Assembly: GCA_965248925.1 (NCBI GenBank)
Contig: CBDFLE010000006.1
Span: forward strand, 64,001 to 128,000
Length of the DNA stretch: 64,000 nucleotides
DNA from: Candidatus Multivoradales bacterium
GTDB lineage: Bacteria > Acidobacteriota > Thermoanaerobaculia > Multivoradales > J023
Direction: 5' to 3'
The translations under genes and the position numbers were made by a program. The notes under the pieces were generated by a model, which was given only the letters and a program-made list of their open reading frames with translations, was not told the origin of the DNA and searched no databases. Positions 37,967 through 48,757 of this stretch are shown in pieces; position 1 is the stretch's first letter; the number at the start of each line of letters is the position of its first letter.

Positions 37967-39202
37967 CTAATGCAGCTCGACCTTCTCGACCTCATCCCAG
38001 GCGATGTAGACCTGGTCGTCGCCGCTGATGACCAACACGCCGGCATTGCCCGAGCCGACGTCGGCACTGTCTTCGAGTTCCAGCCGCTCGCCGTTCTTGA
38101 GCACCACTTCGCTGGAGTCGCGGCCAGCCGGCATGATCGAAGTAATGTCGGCAAAGCGGATATGGTATTCGATATCGTCAGTGTCGCCGTGCAGGATCTC
38201 CCAAGTCTCACTTTCGTCGAGATCGAAGACGATCCGACCGCGATGAACCTTGCCGCCACTGGCTGTGACCTGCCCTCGCAGCTGACGGCTAGGCGTGAAA
38301 TCCGAGTATGACGGGCCGCTGTTCGGCGGCTCCCTCAGGTCGAAGCGCTCGAAGGCGTCCCAACTCACCAGCACGCGGCCAAAGCGCGGGTCGTCGACGA
38401 AAATGCCACGGTTGCCGGAGTCGACATCGTTGGAGTCGTCGAGCACCAGCTCACGCCCGTCCTTGAGCGTCACCTGCGAGCTACCGCGAGTGCGGCGCTC
38501 GATCGACTTGAGCCGGCCAAACTCGATCGACACATCACCATCGCGAGTCTCGCCATCAAGCTTGTCGGTCCACAAGGTCTCGTCCTGGTCCCACTGCACG
38601 AAGCCGGTAAAGTCGCCGCTTTCGGTGATCACCGTACCGTAGATCCGCTTCGGGGCCTCCGCATAGGTCGCAGGACCCGCGGCAAACTCGATGAACTCGA
38701 TGTTCCTCCACTTAATGTCGATCTCACCGAGACTCGGGTCAAAGACCTCGATGTCGGCACCAATATCGTTGGAGCCGCCACTGAGTTCGTAGATCGTGCC
38801 GCTATTCATGGTCAGCCGCGTATACCGGCCGGGCTCGATGCGCCGGATATCGCCAAAGCGGGTCACGAACTGGCGCCCCCCCGCGTGGTGATCCTCCCAG
38901 GTTACGGCCAACGTGTAACCGAAGATCTTGATCGGCTTGCGGGTCCGACGCTTGGCGTCGGGTATCTCTTCCATGTACTTCAAATCGTGTTTGCTACCGT
39001 TGAAGTGGTCACCCCAAGAACTCTCCTCTCCATCCCAGCGCAGGCGCCCTTCGTAGGTTTGGCCACTCTTAGTCTCCACCTTGCCGTAGATAAAGCCCTC
39101 GCTAGCGGCCAGAGGCAAGGTTGCGCAGAGCGCGATGGCCGGTACTAGACAGAGTGCCAGAACGTGGTTAACCACAGTCTCGGTCGATCGTAGGGTTTGC
39201 AT
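37967..39202 (-). CDS. Exported protein with three internal repeats
   Basis: Signal-like segment; G.V.T.SG....G...WD..E.W repeated three times; AAGGAG RBS before MQTLRS. Confidence 0.8.
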   Translation of the reverse strand: MQTLRSTETVVNHVLALCLVPAIALCATLPLAASEGFIYGKVETKSGQTYEGRLRWDGEESSWGDHFNGSKHDLKYMEEIPDAKRRTRKPIKIFGYTLAVTWEDHHAGGRQFVTRFGDIRRIEPGRYTRLTMNSGTIYELSGGSNDIGADIEVFDPSLGEIDIKWRNIEFIEFAAGPATYAEAPKRIYGTVITESGDFTGFVQWDQDETLWTDKLDGETRDGDVSIEFGRLKSIERRTRGSSQVTLKDGRELVLDDSNDVDSGNRGIFVDDPRFGRVLVSWDAFERFDLREPPNSGPSYSDFTPSRQLRGQVTASGGKVHRGRIVFDLDESETWEILHGDTDDIEYHIRFADITSIMPAGRDSSEVVLKNGERLELEDSADVGSGNAGVLVISGDDQVYIAWDEVEKVELH

Positions 39203-39255
39203 GTTCAACTCCTTATCTCGACGCGGCAGCCAAGCGGCTCCCGCGTGGTTTTCAA

Positions 39256-39900
39256 TCAGAGGCTCCAGCCATCGAGGCGGAAGCTCTCTCCACCCTCGTC
39301 TTCGCCCAGAGAGACTCGCCGCCGCTCGCGGCTCCCCGCGGGTTCCCCCACGGTGTCCGAGTCCCTGCCCGCGGCCGAGTCTTCAGCGACCGCTTGCATT
39401 ACCGACAACATCTCGCGGTGGTAGCGATGATCCGCTTTGAGCAGCTCGGTGGCAATTTCCACGAACCGCGATTCCGTCATCTGCCCTCGATCCTCGCCCA
39501 GCACCAACTCGAGAGCACCTGAGTGATCGAGCAAGGGCCGCGACAGCTGACTAGTGCCCACCACCGCCCACAGCCCAAAGACCAGCAAGAACGCTGCCGC
39601 CAAGCGCGGCAACCACTCACTTGCAGACCAGCGGCGACGGCCGAACTGGCCCTTGCTAGCCGCAGAAATTCGCCGCCAGAGGTCTTTTGGTGGCTCGTCT
39701 GGCGGCTCGGCCTGGTCGCGCAAGCTGCCCAGCGCATGGCCCAAGCGGCGATTGCGCCGGTAGAACTCCTGGCCAGCTGGCGAGTCCAGCAAGCGGTCGA
39801 TGCTGTTGAGTAGCTCGCTCGACGCCAACTCACCATCGAGCAGGGTCGACAGCTTCAGCTCCAACTGCTGGGCGTCGTCGAGTTTCGAGGTTTCACTCAT
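39256..39900 (-). CDS. Putative transmembrane anti-sigma factor
   Basis: LSTLLDGEL N-terminal anti-sigma-like motif, LWRRI, single TM; ATG overlaps the sigma stop. Confidence 0.75.
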   Translation of the reverse strand: MSETSKLDDAQQLELKLSTLLDGELASSELLNSIDRLLDSPAGQEFYRRNRRLGHALGSLRDQAEPPDEPPKDLWRRISAASKGQFGRRRWSASEWLPRLAAAFLLVFGLWAVVGTSQLSRPLLDHSGALELVLGEDRGQMTESRFVEIATELLKADHRYHREMLSVMQAVAEDSAAGRDSDTVGEPAGSRERRRVSLGEDEGGESFRLDGWSL

Positions 39901-40451
39901 GACAGGCTCCAACCGGCTTCCGGCAGGCATTCGCCGAGTTGGGCGACTATCTGCTTGCGAGCGCGGTAGATGTTGATCTTGACCAAAGAAGGGCTCCAAC
40001 CGGTTAACTGGCCGATTTCCTCATAACTACGCTGCTCCACCAGCGCCAGATCGAAGGCACGCCGGTGCGAATCGCTGAGTGATTCAAGAGCCTCGTCGAG
40101 ACGGCGGGTGAAGGCCCGCCAGGACGCTCGGCGCTCGGGAGAGACAGCGTCGGGATCCAGCCCATCCAGCGGATCCGCCCCGCTCTCGGGGGTCTCCGCC
40201 GCCACCACCAAACGAGGCCGGCGGAGCCGGTTGATCATCAGATTGCGAGCAGTGCTCAGCAGATAGCCGCGAAGATTGCCGCCGTCGCGAAACGAGCCGG
40301 CGCGGATCGAGCGCACAAAAGTCTCTTGCAGCAGATCCTCAGCCGCGGCGTAGTCCCCCAGCCGGCTACGCAGGAATGCCAGAACAGCCGGCCCATGCGT
40401 TTCAAATGCGGTGCGCCAGAAGATCTCGTCTTGTTTCACAGCTTGGCCCAA
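39897..40451 (-). CDS. ECF-type RNA polymerase sigma factor
   Basis: AEDLLQETF, YL..TARNL.IN region 2; SYEEIG...VKINIYRARK region 4. Confidence 0.92.
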   Translation of the reverse strand: MGQAVKQDEIFWRTAFETHGPAVLAFLRSRLGDYAAAEDLLQETFVRSIRAGSFRDGGNLRGYLLSTARNLMINRLRRPRLVVAAETPESGADPLDGLDPDAVSPERRASWRAFTRRLDEALESLSDSHRRAFDLALVEQRSYEEIGQLTGWSPSLVKINIYRARKQIVAQLGECLPEAGWSLS

Positions 40452-40506
40452 ATTCCTATCTCCACTCGCAGATTCGGGGTCGCGGCTCTCTGGCCACCTG
40501 CCCTAG

Positions 40507-40534
40507 AAGACACCCTAGACCCTGCAAAGTTACA
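40507..40534 (-). promoter_or_regulatory. Candidate ECF promoter upstream of the sigma gene
   Basis: Minus strand TGTAAC-N16-TGTCTT, matching the ECF AAC...(C/T)GTC pattern. Confidence 0.5.
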
Positions 40535-40542
40535 ACTCGTGC

Positions 40543-40593
40543 TTGACAGGGCAAAAGTCATCAGTTACAGTTTGTAACGTTACATATTGTGAC
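40543..40593 (+). promoter_or_regulatory. Sigma-70 promoter overlapped by tandem BlaI-type operators
   Basis: TTGACA-N17-TACAGT; GTTACA-GTT-TGTAAC (40564-40578) and GTTACA-TAT-TGTGAC (40579-40593). Confidence 0.7.
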
Positions 40594-40626
40594 ACAACCG
40601 GTCCATGGCTCAACAAAGCCAAGAAC

Positions 40627-41067
40627 ATGCCACGAAGAACAACCCCAGCAGCCGCTACCCGCCAGACTACCGAGCGCCAACTGAGCGACCTTGAGCGCCA
40701 GGTGATGCAGACCATCTGGGATCAGGGCACAGCCACCGCCGACCAAGTCCGCCGCCACCTCGAGGCGCGGCGCGAGCTCAAGGATTCTACCATCCGCACC
40801 ATCTTGCGGCGCCTTGAGGACAAGGGCTTCGTCGACCACGCGGTCGAGGGCAGAACCTACCTCTACCGCGCTCTGATTCGCCCCCGCCGAGCGGCAGCCG
40901 AGGCCGTGCGCCAGGTGGTTGACCGACTCTGTGGCGGTTCGGTCGAAGAACTGCTGCTGGGTCTGGTGGACAATCAGCTGCTCAGCGCTGAGCAGCTTGA
41001 GCGACTCTCGAAACAGCAGAATAGTGCTTCGACCGAGTTCACCCCGGGCCAAGATCCCAGGGAGTAG
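40627..41067 (+). CDS. BlaI/MecI/CopY family repressor, C-terminus probably replaced
   Basis: LSDLERQVMQTIW, STIRTILRRLEDKG.V.H..EGRTYLY; last ~16 codons are antisense RAYT sequence. Confidence 0.88.
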   Translation: MPRRTTPAAATRQTTERQLSDLERQVMQTIWDQGTATADQVRRHLEARRELKDSTIRTILRRLEDKGFVDHAVEGRTYLYRALIRPRRAAAEAVRQVVDRLCGGSVEELLLGLVDNQLLSAEQLERLSKQQNSASTEFTPGQDPRE

Positions 41068-41468
41068 ACAACTCCCTCTTTGGCACCATGACTTATCAAG
41101 TAGCGGAGGCGTGCGACCTGAACCACGGCCTCGTCGGCGACTGGGATGCCACGATAGCGGCAGTTGAAAACCGTCCCCGACCAGTCGTGAATCCTGCCGA
41201 TCTCTTTCGATAGATTGGTGTTGAGATGCCTCATGAAGTTCGCTAACTGCTCACTATCCGCTGGCGAGGCCAGAAGATGATAGTGATTGGAGGCCACCAC
41301 AACAGCATGAATATCGACTGCGGACAGACTCCGAGCCTTGGCCAAGCAACCGATAAAAATCTCGTTGAACCGCTTCCCTGGTCGCAGCAAATAGCGACTC
41401 TGTAGGGTTCGGCAGGTGACCTCGACAAGCATTCGGGAACGGGGTAAGTAGCGAAGATTTCTGCCCAA
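41020..41468 (-). pseudogene. Truncated REP-associated tyrosine (Y1 HUH) transposase
   Basis: VEVTCRT...YLLRP, SNHYHLL (HUH), F..RY, RYLISHG.KEG, WPG; visibly more AT-rich; similarity ends near 41020 (approximate). Confidence 0.75.
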
Positions 41469-41554
41469 TACCCTACACAGACGCAAACGGGCTTCCTCTT
41501 CTTACTGCCAGTCAGACAATGCCGATTTTGCTGCCCAGGCTGATCTCCCCATAC

Positions 41555-43360
41555 TCAACCCGCCCGCCCCCGCCTCGCCATCTGCTCACCCAGGTCCCCC
41601 AGAGCGCTCACCGCGCTCTGGCGGTCGTCGTCGGTCAGCTGCTGTTCGCTGTAGGCGGCGCGGACATAGAGGGTGGTCAGCCTACGTGCTGGATCCTCCA
41701 AGAAGCGGAAGCGTTTCTGCACCGTTTGCAGCACATCGTAGGGGGTGTCGCGAGAGTTTCGTGGGTATCCCAGCTGATGGACCACACAGAGCAAGCGACC
41801 ATAGGCGTTGATCACCGCTTCGTTGGGCGGCAAACCGGTCAGCGCCCCAATCCCGGCCAAGGGGTTCGCCGGAGGCTTGCGGGTCTTTCTTTGGCGCCGC
41901 CGCAAGCACCCGAACTTGCCTGCCAACCAGGACCGTAGCCACTTACCGGAACCTCGGCTAGTGAACAACCGCCACAGCCCGAGAATGGCAAAGACCGCCA
42001 ACAACAGAAGGACCGGCACTTTCAACCATTGGCCAAAGCTGGTGAGCCGGCCAATCACTGAGGCGGCAAAGCCACCGCCGCCATCGCCGCTGGAACGCCC
42101 TTCTGATCAAGTTGAGGAATCTGCCGAGGCTCCGGCAGAAGAATCGGCGGATGCAATGTCCCCACTTCGCCGCGGCGAGCCGCCACTGCGCGCCCGGCCA
42201 GTACCGTCGGGTTGACCTCGGCCAACCGTCAACGGACTTCCATCATCAGCTTGCCCCGGCGCTACGCCACTACCGCGGAAGGTGACTCCGGGAAACGCCA
42301 ACATCACCGCCAGCATGATCACCGTCAACACGGCGGCGAGGCCAATCCGCGATGGCACCAGAGCCGCCGAAGGTGGCGCCCCAAAACGCAGCGCCTGGCG
42401 AGCCAAACCAAGACCGGAACCCGCCGCCAAGACTACCCCCGTCGCCAGTAGAAAGATGATCACCGCAGCCAAAGCCCGCTCGCCGATCTCTGGCGGCGCG
42501 CGGAGCAACAGAGGCTCGCCCAGGGCGAAGGCAGCCAACGCCATCAATGCCAACCGAGCCACGCCGGCGGTCGGATTGCCATGGGCATCAGCCGTGGCAG
42601 CAGCGGCGCGGCGGCGGCGCGCGAAGCGGCCCGGCGGACGGCGGCGCTGAGGCGAGAGGTGACGAGTAGGTTGCTGGGCTCGCTTCCTGGCCTCCGTTTG
42701 CAACCGCTCGACGCCATAGAGGCGCTTCCCGCTGGGCGGTGACGGGTCGTCTTCGATCGACATCTGGCGGGTTATACGGCTAGCGAAACGCCAAATGGCG
42801 ATGATGATCGCCAAGTTGATCAGCATTTCCCAACCACCTCTAGATGCGGGCGACCAGGGGGAGACCATCATCACCAAGCCCATTGCGCAGAGCAAGGCCA
42901 AGCTGTAGACCTGCTGCCGGTCGGCATCGCCTCCGGCCTTGCCGCAGCGAGCGATCAGCACCGTGGCGACCGCGAAGCATAGGCCGACCTGCTTCAACGC
43001 TCTGCCGCCATTGAGAAATACCGAGCGCAGGTCGAGTAGGTAGAACAACAGAGCAACGACCATCGCAATGATCGCCGCGGGTACGACTACATGGTGCGAG
43101 AACCAGCCGAAGCCTTCGCTGTCAGCAGCTGTGGCTCGCCTGGATACGGTGGCCTCGACCCTCGCTACTGCAGCCTCCTGTCGGAGCTCGAAAGCACGCT
43201 CGCCACAGCGCCGGCAGATCAACAACGAAGCGGTCACACGCACACAATCGCGGCACAACAGCTCATCGCAACCATCGCAAGACAGCTCCGCCGAACGCTG
43301 CGGGTGGCTCGCGCAAGGCCCGCCGGCAAGCTCCGCCACCGCTGTGGCCACCCTGCTCAC
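41555..43360 (-). pseudogene. Zn-finger membrane protein with DUF4129-like C-terminus, in-frame TGA
   Basis: C..HP......C..C...LC..C motif, TM helices, TGA at 42107-42109 in frame with the downstream ORF (TPYD...LTTLYVRAAYS). Confidence 0.7.
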
Positions 43361-43369
43361 AGCGTCCTT

Positions 43370-44717
43370 CTCATAGGGCTTGGCACCCCAAACGTCCCAA
43401 ATCGTCTCCGCTAGCCACCGATAGAGTGGCACGCCGAGCGGCATGGGTGCAGGCGGCAGGGCGGCGGCAGCTTCGGCAGAACCGGCAATCCACACCACGG
43501 CGACTTCGAATCCGGACTGACGCAAACCTTCCAGTGCCGCAGCAAGTGCCAGATCGAGCTTCGGAGTGATCACCATCAGCACCAGCGACCGGAGCAGACG
43601 CGGCAGTTCGGCAGTCAGTAGACCCGGCAACGTCATCCCCTCGCTAGGCTCGATCCTGGCCAACGCCAAGCGCAGCCGCTGGCGTTGCCAGGCGCCACTG
43701 GCAGGCTCGATTTCAAGCGGCGGCAACTCGCCGCCGCTGACGCTTTCCACCCACCGCTAACGCCCGATCGAGCCGGCGAAGGGTACCTTCCTGCCAATCC
43801 TCGGCGAAGCTCTCGGCGGCATCGCCGCCGTTGGCCAACAGACCTACCATTTGCTCGCCGGCGAGCACGAACTCGGCCAGCGAAGCCGCGGCGGTCACGG
43901 CCAGCTCGACCCTCGGGTCGGGCAATTCGTCGGCCGGGTCAAAGTCAGGGTAGGCAACCCGTCCCATCTCCATCACCAACAACGCACCATCGAGCACCGC
44001 CGGCTCGAACACCTTGACCTGGAGTTCTCCACTGCGGGCCGTAGCTCGCCAATGCACTCGGCGCAGAGAATCGCCTGGACGGTAGGCTCGGACGCCTTGA
44101 AACCGGGCTGGATCTTCAAAAAGGCCATTGCGGCGCGGCACTTCGTGGATGGGTCGGTGACCCAGTGGCCAACCATCGCCAATCGGTACTACGCGGGGCA
44201 GAACGGTGAGAAATACCGGCCCTCCATCATCTTTGAGGCGTCGTACCAAGCCGAACGGCCCACTCGCTTCGACCACCGCCGGCCCGACTCGGAAAAGCCC
44301 CCGCCGAGTGCTGTGCAAGCGGTAAGAGAGGCTCATTTCGCCAGCCGCTGGGACCGAGGCGAAGCGGGCCGTCGAGCCTTCGACATCGAGCCCTGGCCCA
44401 ACCTGCTCACGCCAGAACAGCCACCAAGCCGGCCAACGCTTGGTATTGGCCAAGACCAGGGCGGCATCGGTCACTCCGCCAAATTCGATCTCATTCGTGG
44501 TCAAGCTCCGACGCAGCTCGATGCCAGCCAAGCTGAACGAGGCCAACGCCACCGCCAGGATCATCAAGCCGGCCGCGGTCAGGGCGGAGACAAGGAAAAA
44601 TCCCGCCGAGAAGATCGACAGCAGGAGACCTAGCAAAGCCACCAGCAAGCCCCAGACCCAGGGCCTACTGATGCCCGCGCCGGCCTCTAGATCGCTCACT
44701 GTTGCTGCTGGGCTCAA
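43370..44717 (-). pseudogene. DUF58 family protein with two frameshifts
   Basis: RRGLFRVGP, GVRAYRPGDSLRRVHWRATAR; frame changes near 43730 and 43420 (alternate frame restores VASGDDLGRLGCQAL-stop). Confidence 0.75.
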
Positions 44718-44742
44718 CTACGGCCCCTACCCAGGTCCATGA

Positions 44743-45520
44743 TCACCTCAGTCTGGGCTGAGCCGCGGCGTCACTCGCGGCGCCGTGGGTGGCCACGACC
44801 GGCATCGGAATACGGCCAAAGACCTCGTCGATCACCTGCCGCGGGCTGCGTTTGGACAGACGGCCTTCGGCGCCGAGAATCACCCGGTGGCAAAGCACCG
44901 CCGGATAGAGCTGCTTGACATCGTCGGGGAGGACAAAATCACGGCCAGCCAGCGCCGTCTTGGCTTGCGCCACTCGGTATAGAGCCTGGCTGGCGCGCGG
45001 CCCGGCGCCGAGTACCAAATCGCGATTACCACGAGTGCCAGCGATGAATCGCACTAGCCAGCGCCGCACTTCGGCATCAACGTGGACTTGGCGGATGCGT
45101 TCCTGCAGCTGGCGGAGAACCAGGGGCGAGAGCACCTGTTGCACCTCTTCGAGCGGCTCGCCGGCAGTCCCTCGCACCAACATCTCCTCTTCAGCCGCGG
45201 CGCTCGGATAGCCCACCGAAAGACGCATCAAAAAGCGGTCGAGCTGCGCCTCAGGCAGTGGGAAGGTGCCTTCGTGCTCGACCGGGTTCTGGGTCGCAAT
45301 GACGAAGAAAGGGGGATCCAGGCGGTAGGTCTTACCCTCGATACTGACCTGACGCTCAGCCATCGATTCGAGTAGCGCCGCTTGCGGCCGCGGCGTCGCC
45401 CGATTGATCTCATCGGCCAGCATGCAGATCACCACCTGCTGCAACACCGGCCGCTTGCCGTAGATTACTTTCTCCAGTTGCTCAACCACCGCCGCGGCGG
45501 CCTCTTTGACCTGCTTCAGA
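44743..45520 (-). pseudogene. MoxR AAA+ ATPase lacking Walker A region
   Basis: KVIYGK...VICMLA joined directly to DEINRATP..Q.ALLE; ATQNPVEHEGTFPLPEAQLDRF retained; 5' end approximate. Confidence 0.85.
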
Positions 45521-46095
45521 CCTTTTCTCGACTGTTGGTCTTAGCAGTCCGCGCTGCATACCCCGGTCTACGCCCGGACCCGCTCCTACGTCCTTGGCAG
45601 ATCCAGTATCCCCCGCCAGCGCGGTCAACGCTGCAACTCTACGAGATCTTCTTCCGGCATCATCCAACAGACTGTGCAAATTACAAGATCTTGAATCCGA
45701 CGGGACTTCGCCGCCGAACGTCAGCCCTCACGATTCGCCCAGCAGTACAAGAGGGGCCCCAGCTCATCCCCGGAAAGAAGCATTCCAAACTTGCGGGAAA
45801 ACGGACAGACACCCCAAGTCGATTCCGGCACAAAATTTGAACCAGCCCCAGGTCAGAAAAAGATTAGGAATGCTCGCCGGCTCCGGCGAGGGGAAAGCGA
45901 CGCCCAAGGAGAGGCGCCCGACTGCTACTGCCGGGAGCTGCTGGAGTTAGTTCGACTGGCCCGTCTGATCACGGCCAAGGAAGCTCTTGTCAGCCCTGGA
46001 TAGTGAGCCTGGTCGCTGGCCGGCCAGCGGCGCCTCCACCTGCGGATCACGAAAATCTGCGCCCGGATCGCCGCCCTGAGATTACCCGCGCGGGA

Positions 46096-46491
46096 TCAGT
46101 CCGGCGCCAGCATCGAGAGCATCGGCTGCCAGTAGTTCTCGTGCCAGCCTGTTTCGAGATGCTCTCGCTCCGAGTCCGGGAAGCCGGCGTGGTCGAGGGC
46201 AATCTGGGTGCCCTCGCCTTCCTGGGTCAGCTCAAACCGGACAATCGAGTAGACCCCCTGCTCCCAGGTTTTCGCTCGCCACGCCTGCACCAGAAGTACA
46301 CCGGCTATGCCCTCGACGGTGCGGCCAACGATCATGCCGCCGAAGAGGGAGAACCGCCCACCGTTGGCGGGGTCGATATCAGCCGGGGCACCGCCAGCCA
46401 TGGCACTGAACTGACTGGAGTCCATAAGAATGTCGTAAACTCTCGAGGGCGATGCTGGGACGGTGATTTGCTGGAGAATACGGTGTGACAT
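46096..46491 (-). CDS. SRPBCC/AHSA1-like protein
   Basis: GGRFSLFGG, VQAWR...W, LDHAGFP, GWHENYW; AGGAG RBS. Confidence 0.88.
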   Translation of the reverse strand: MSHRILQQITVPASPSRVYDILMDSSQFSAMAGGAPADIDPANGGRFSLFGGMIVGRTVEGIAGVLLVQAWRAKTWEQGVYSIVRFELTQEGEGTQIALDHAGFPDSEREHLETGWHENYWQPMLSMLAPD

Positions 46492-46537
46492 CTTCTTACT
46501 CCTGCTGCGGTTGAGCGGCTCTAGGCCAAACCACCGA

Positions 46538-48403
46538 TCAGTCGATCTCGCACATGCAGTGGGCGTAAACCCCGTTAGGATCGTCAAACACTTCGAGCAG
46601 CTCGGCTTCGCGCTCGAGATAGCCAACCATCCGCCGCAGGGAGCTGCTCGGCCGCAGCTGCTGGACTTCGGGCTCGACCCAAGCGACGGCGCGGGCCATC
46701 ATGTCGCCGAGCAAGCGGTCTTTGAAGCTCAGCGCCTTTTCGCGGAAGTCGACCTGGTATTCCTCACCCAGGCCAGCCTTCTCGGCCGCCGAGGCGATGG
46801 CGTCGGACAGGCCACCGAGCTGATCCACCAAGCCTAGACGGTGAGCATCCTCACCACTCCACACCCGGCCACGAGCGATCTTGTCGACCTCTTCGACGGT
46901 CATCCCGCGGGCCTCGGAGACCCGGCTAAGGAATTCGCGATAGCCCTTGTCGATCACCAGCTGGATGATCTCACCCACCCGCGGATCGAGCTCGCGATCG
47001 GGGCGGAATGCGCCGGCCAGCCAGTTGGTGCCAATCCCGTCCACCTTCATGCCGGCGTGCCGTTCGAGGGGTTTCTGGTAAGTCGGCACCATGCTGAAGA
47101 TACCGATCGAGCCGGTGATCGTATTCGGCGCCGCCCAGATCTCGTCGGAAGCGGTGGAGATCCAATAGCCACCGGAAGCCGCTACCGTACCCATCGACAC
47201 CACCACCGGCAAGCCGGCCTGGCGAGCGAGCACGAACTCACGACGGATGATCTCGGAAGCAAAAGCGCTGCCGCCGCCGCTATCGACCCGCAAGACCAGA
47301 GCCTTGACGTCGTCGTCGAGGCGAGCTTTACGGATCAGCCGGGCGGTCGAGTCACCACCGATCGCACCGGGGGGCTGGTTGCCGTTGAGAATCGAGCCCT
47401 TGGCGACGATCACCGCCACCTTGTCACCCTTCTTGCCGCCAAAGCGGCGCGGGCGGTCTTCACCGATCGCTTCCAGGTAGCTATCGAGCGAGATCTGGTG
47501 GAAGCTGAGGCTATCCTCGTCCTCGCCGACCAGCTCGATCATCCGTGCGCGGACCTCGTCGCGAGTGCCGATCTGGTCCACCAAACCGGCCTGCTGCGCC
47601 ATCTCCGCCATATGGCCTTGCGCATCGGTGAGCTGCTGGTTGAGCTGTTCGACCCCATTGCGGATCGCCTCGACGCTGATGCCGCGATGGGCCGCCACGT
47701 CGGCCAGATACGAACGCCACAGATCGCCCAACCAATCCAGGTTGGCCTCGCGCGCCTCATCCGACATGCTGTCGCGCAAGTAGGGCTCGACCGCTGACTT
47801 GTATTCACCGACTTTGAAGACGTTCCAATCCACCTCGAGGCGATCGATAGCCTGCTTGTAGTAGGTCCGGTACCGACCGAAACCCTCCAAGACCACCGTT
47901 CCCATGTGGTGCAGATGCACCTCGTCCGCCAGCGAAGCCAAGTAGTACTGACCACTGCTGTAGCTGTCGGCGGCGGCGATGACCTTCTTGCCGCTAGCCT
48001 TGAAATCCTCAATTGCCGCCCCGAGTTCACCGAGCTTACTCGGACCGACACCACTCATCCCTTCCAGGTGTAAATAGAGAGCCTGAATGCGGTCGTCGTC
48101 CTTGGCCGCCGCCAGGGCGTCCAGTAGATCAGCCAGCAGGGCTTGGGGTTGGTCGCGATCGAGCGCTTTGTCGAGGGCGCGCGAGAAAGAGGTACCGCTG
48201 AGCTGCTCGACGACGTTACCGCTCGGGTTGAAGACCAGCGCCGCTTTCTTCGGCACTTCGGGGCCCTTGTCGCGAGCCAACATCACCAACAAGCCCACGA
48301 GGATCAACACGAACAGAGCGTTGAGAGCCACTCGTCGGGCCAAGTCGAGGCCTCTAAACAGCCCGCGCAGGGCGTTTCCAATCTTGCTATTGCCTTTGCT
48401 CAC
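46538..48403 (-). CDS. sppA: Signal peptide peptidase, 67-kDa type
   Basis: KVGEYKSAVEP, LRVDSGGGSAFASE, SMGTVAASGGYW, TITGSIG, GRVWSG. Confidence 0.95.
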   Translation of the reverse strand: MSKGNSKIGNALRGLFRGLDLARRVALNALFVLILVGLLVMLARDKGPEVPKKAALVFNPSGNVVEQLSGTSFSRALDKALDRDQPQALLADLLDALAAAKDDDRIQALYLHLEGMSGVGPSKLGELGAAIEDFKASGKKVIAAADSYSSGQYYLASLADEVHLHHMGTVVLEGFGRYRTYYKQAIDRLEVDWNVFKVGEYKSAVEPYLRDSMSDEAREANLDWLGDLWRSYLADVAAHRGISVEAIRNGVEQLNQQLTDAQGHMAEMAQQAGLVDQIGTRDEVRARMIELVGEDEDSLSFHQISLDSYLEAIGEDRPRRFGGKKGDKVAVIVAKGSILNGNQPPGAIGGDSTARLIRKARLDDDVKALVLRVDSGGGSAFASEIIRREFVLARQAGLPVVVSMGTVAASGGYWISTASDEIWAAPNTITGSIGIFSMVPTYQKPLERHAGMKVDGIGTNWLAGAFRPDRELDPRVGEIIQLVIDKGYREFLSRVSEARGMTVEEVDKIARGRVWSGEDAHRLGLVDQLGGLSDAIASAAEKAGLGEEYQVDFREKALSFKDRLLGDMMARAVAWVEPEVQQLRPSSSLRRMVGYLEREAELLEVFDDPNGVYAHCMCEID

Positions 48404-48757
48404 TACTGATTCTCCTGGGAATTCTGGCGGTCAGAGAGCCCACCGAAACCAGCTCGGATTCAGTGTCCCTTATTTCTATTTCTCGATCACATTTGCCTGG
48501 CTTCACACGCCGGCAGGCTGCTGGCGCGGCCGTAACTCTAACTTACGGTGAACCGCTGGCAAATGTTCTACTCCTCTGACCCGTGAAATGACTGCTTTCT
48601 CCACCCCTCTCAACCCATCTCGACCCGGAGGGAGGTAGCGGTGGCTGGCCTGCACGCCGTGGTGTTGATCACCTCTGGCTAGCAAGGCGGTTCAGGCCGG
48701 CCGACCCGTGGCGGCCTGTTATGCTCCGCCAAGTCTCCCCAGGTCCCGCACCGAATC

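Noticed and set aside
16443-42109. In-frame TAG (16443) and TGA (42107) as evidence of pyrrolysine/selenocysteine or an alternative genetic code
   Set aside because: TAG aligns with Trp, TGA lies in a low-complexity linker of a decayed operon, and many intact genes here end in TAG or TGA
42107-43750. 547-aa ORF as a novel DUF58-tail/zinc-finger fusion
   Set aside because: Product of a frameshift near 43420 in a decaying operon
45540-46090. Short ORFs in the gap between MoxR and the SRPBCC gene
   Set aside because: No convincing motif, RBS or structure; may be eroded sequence but cannot be supported
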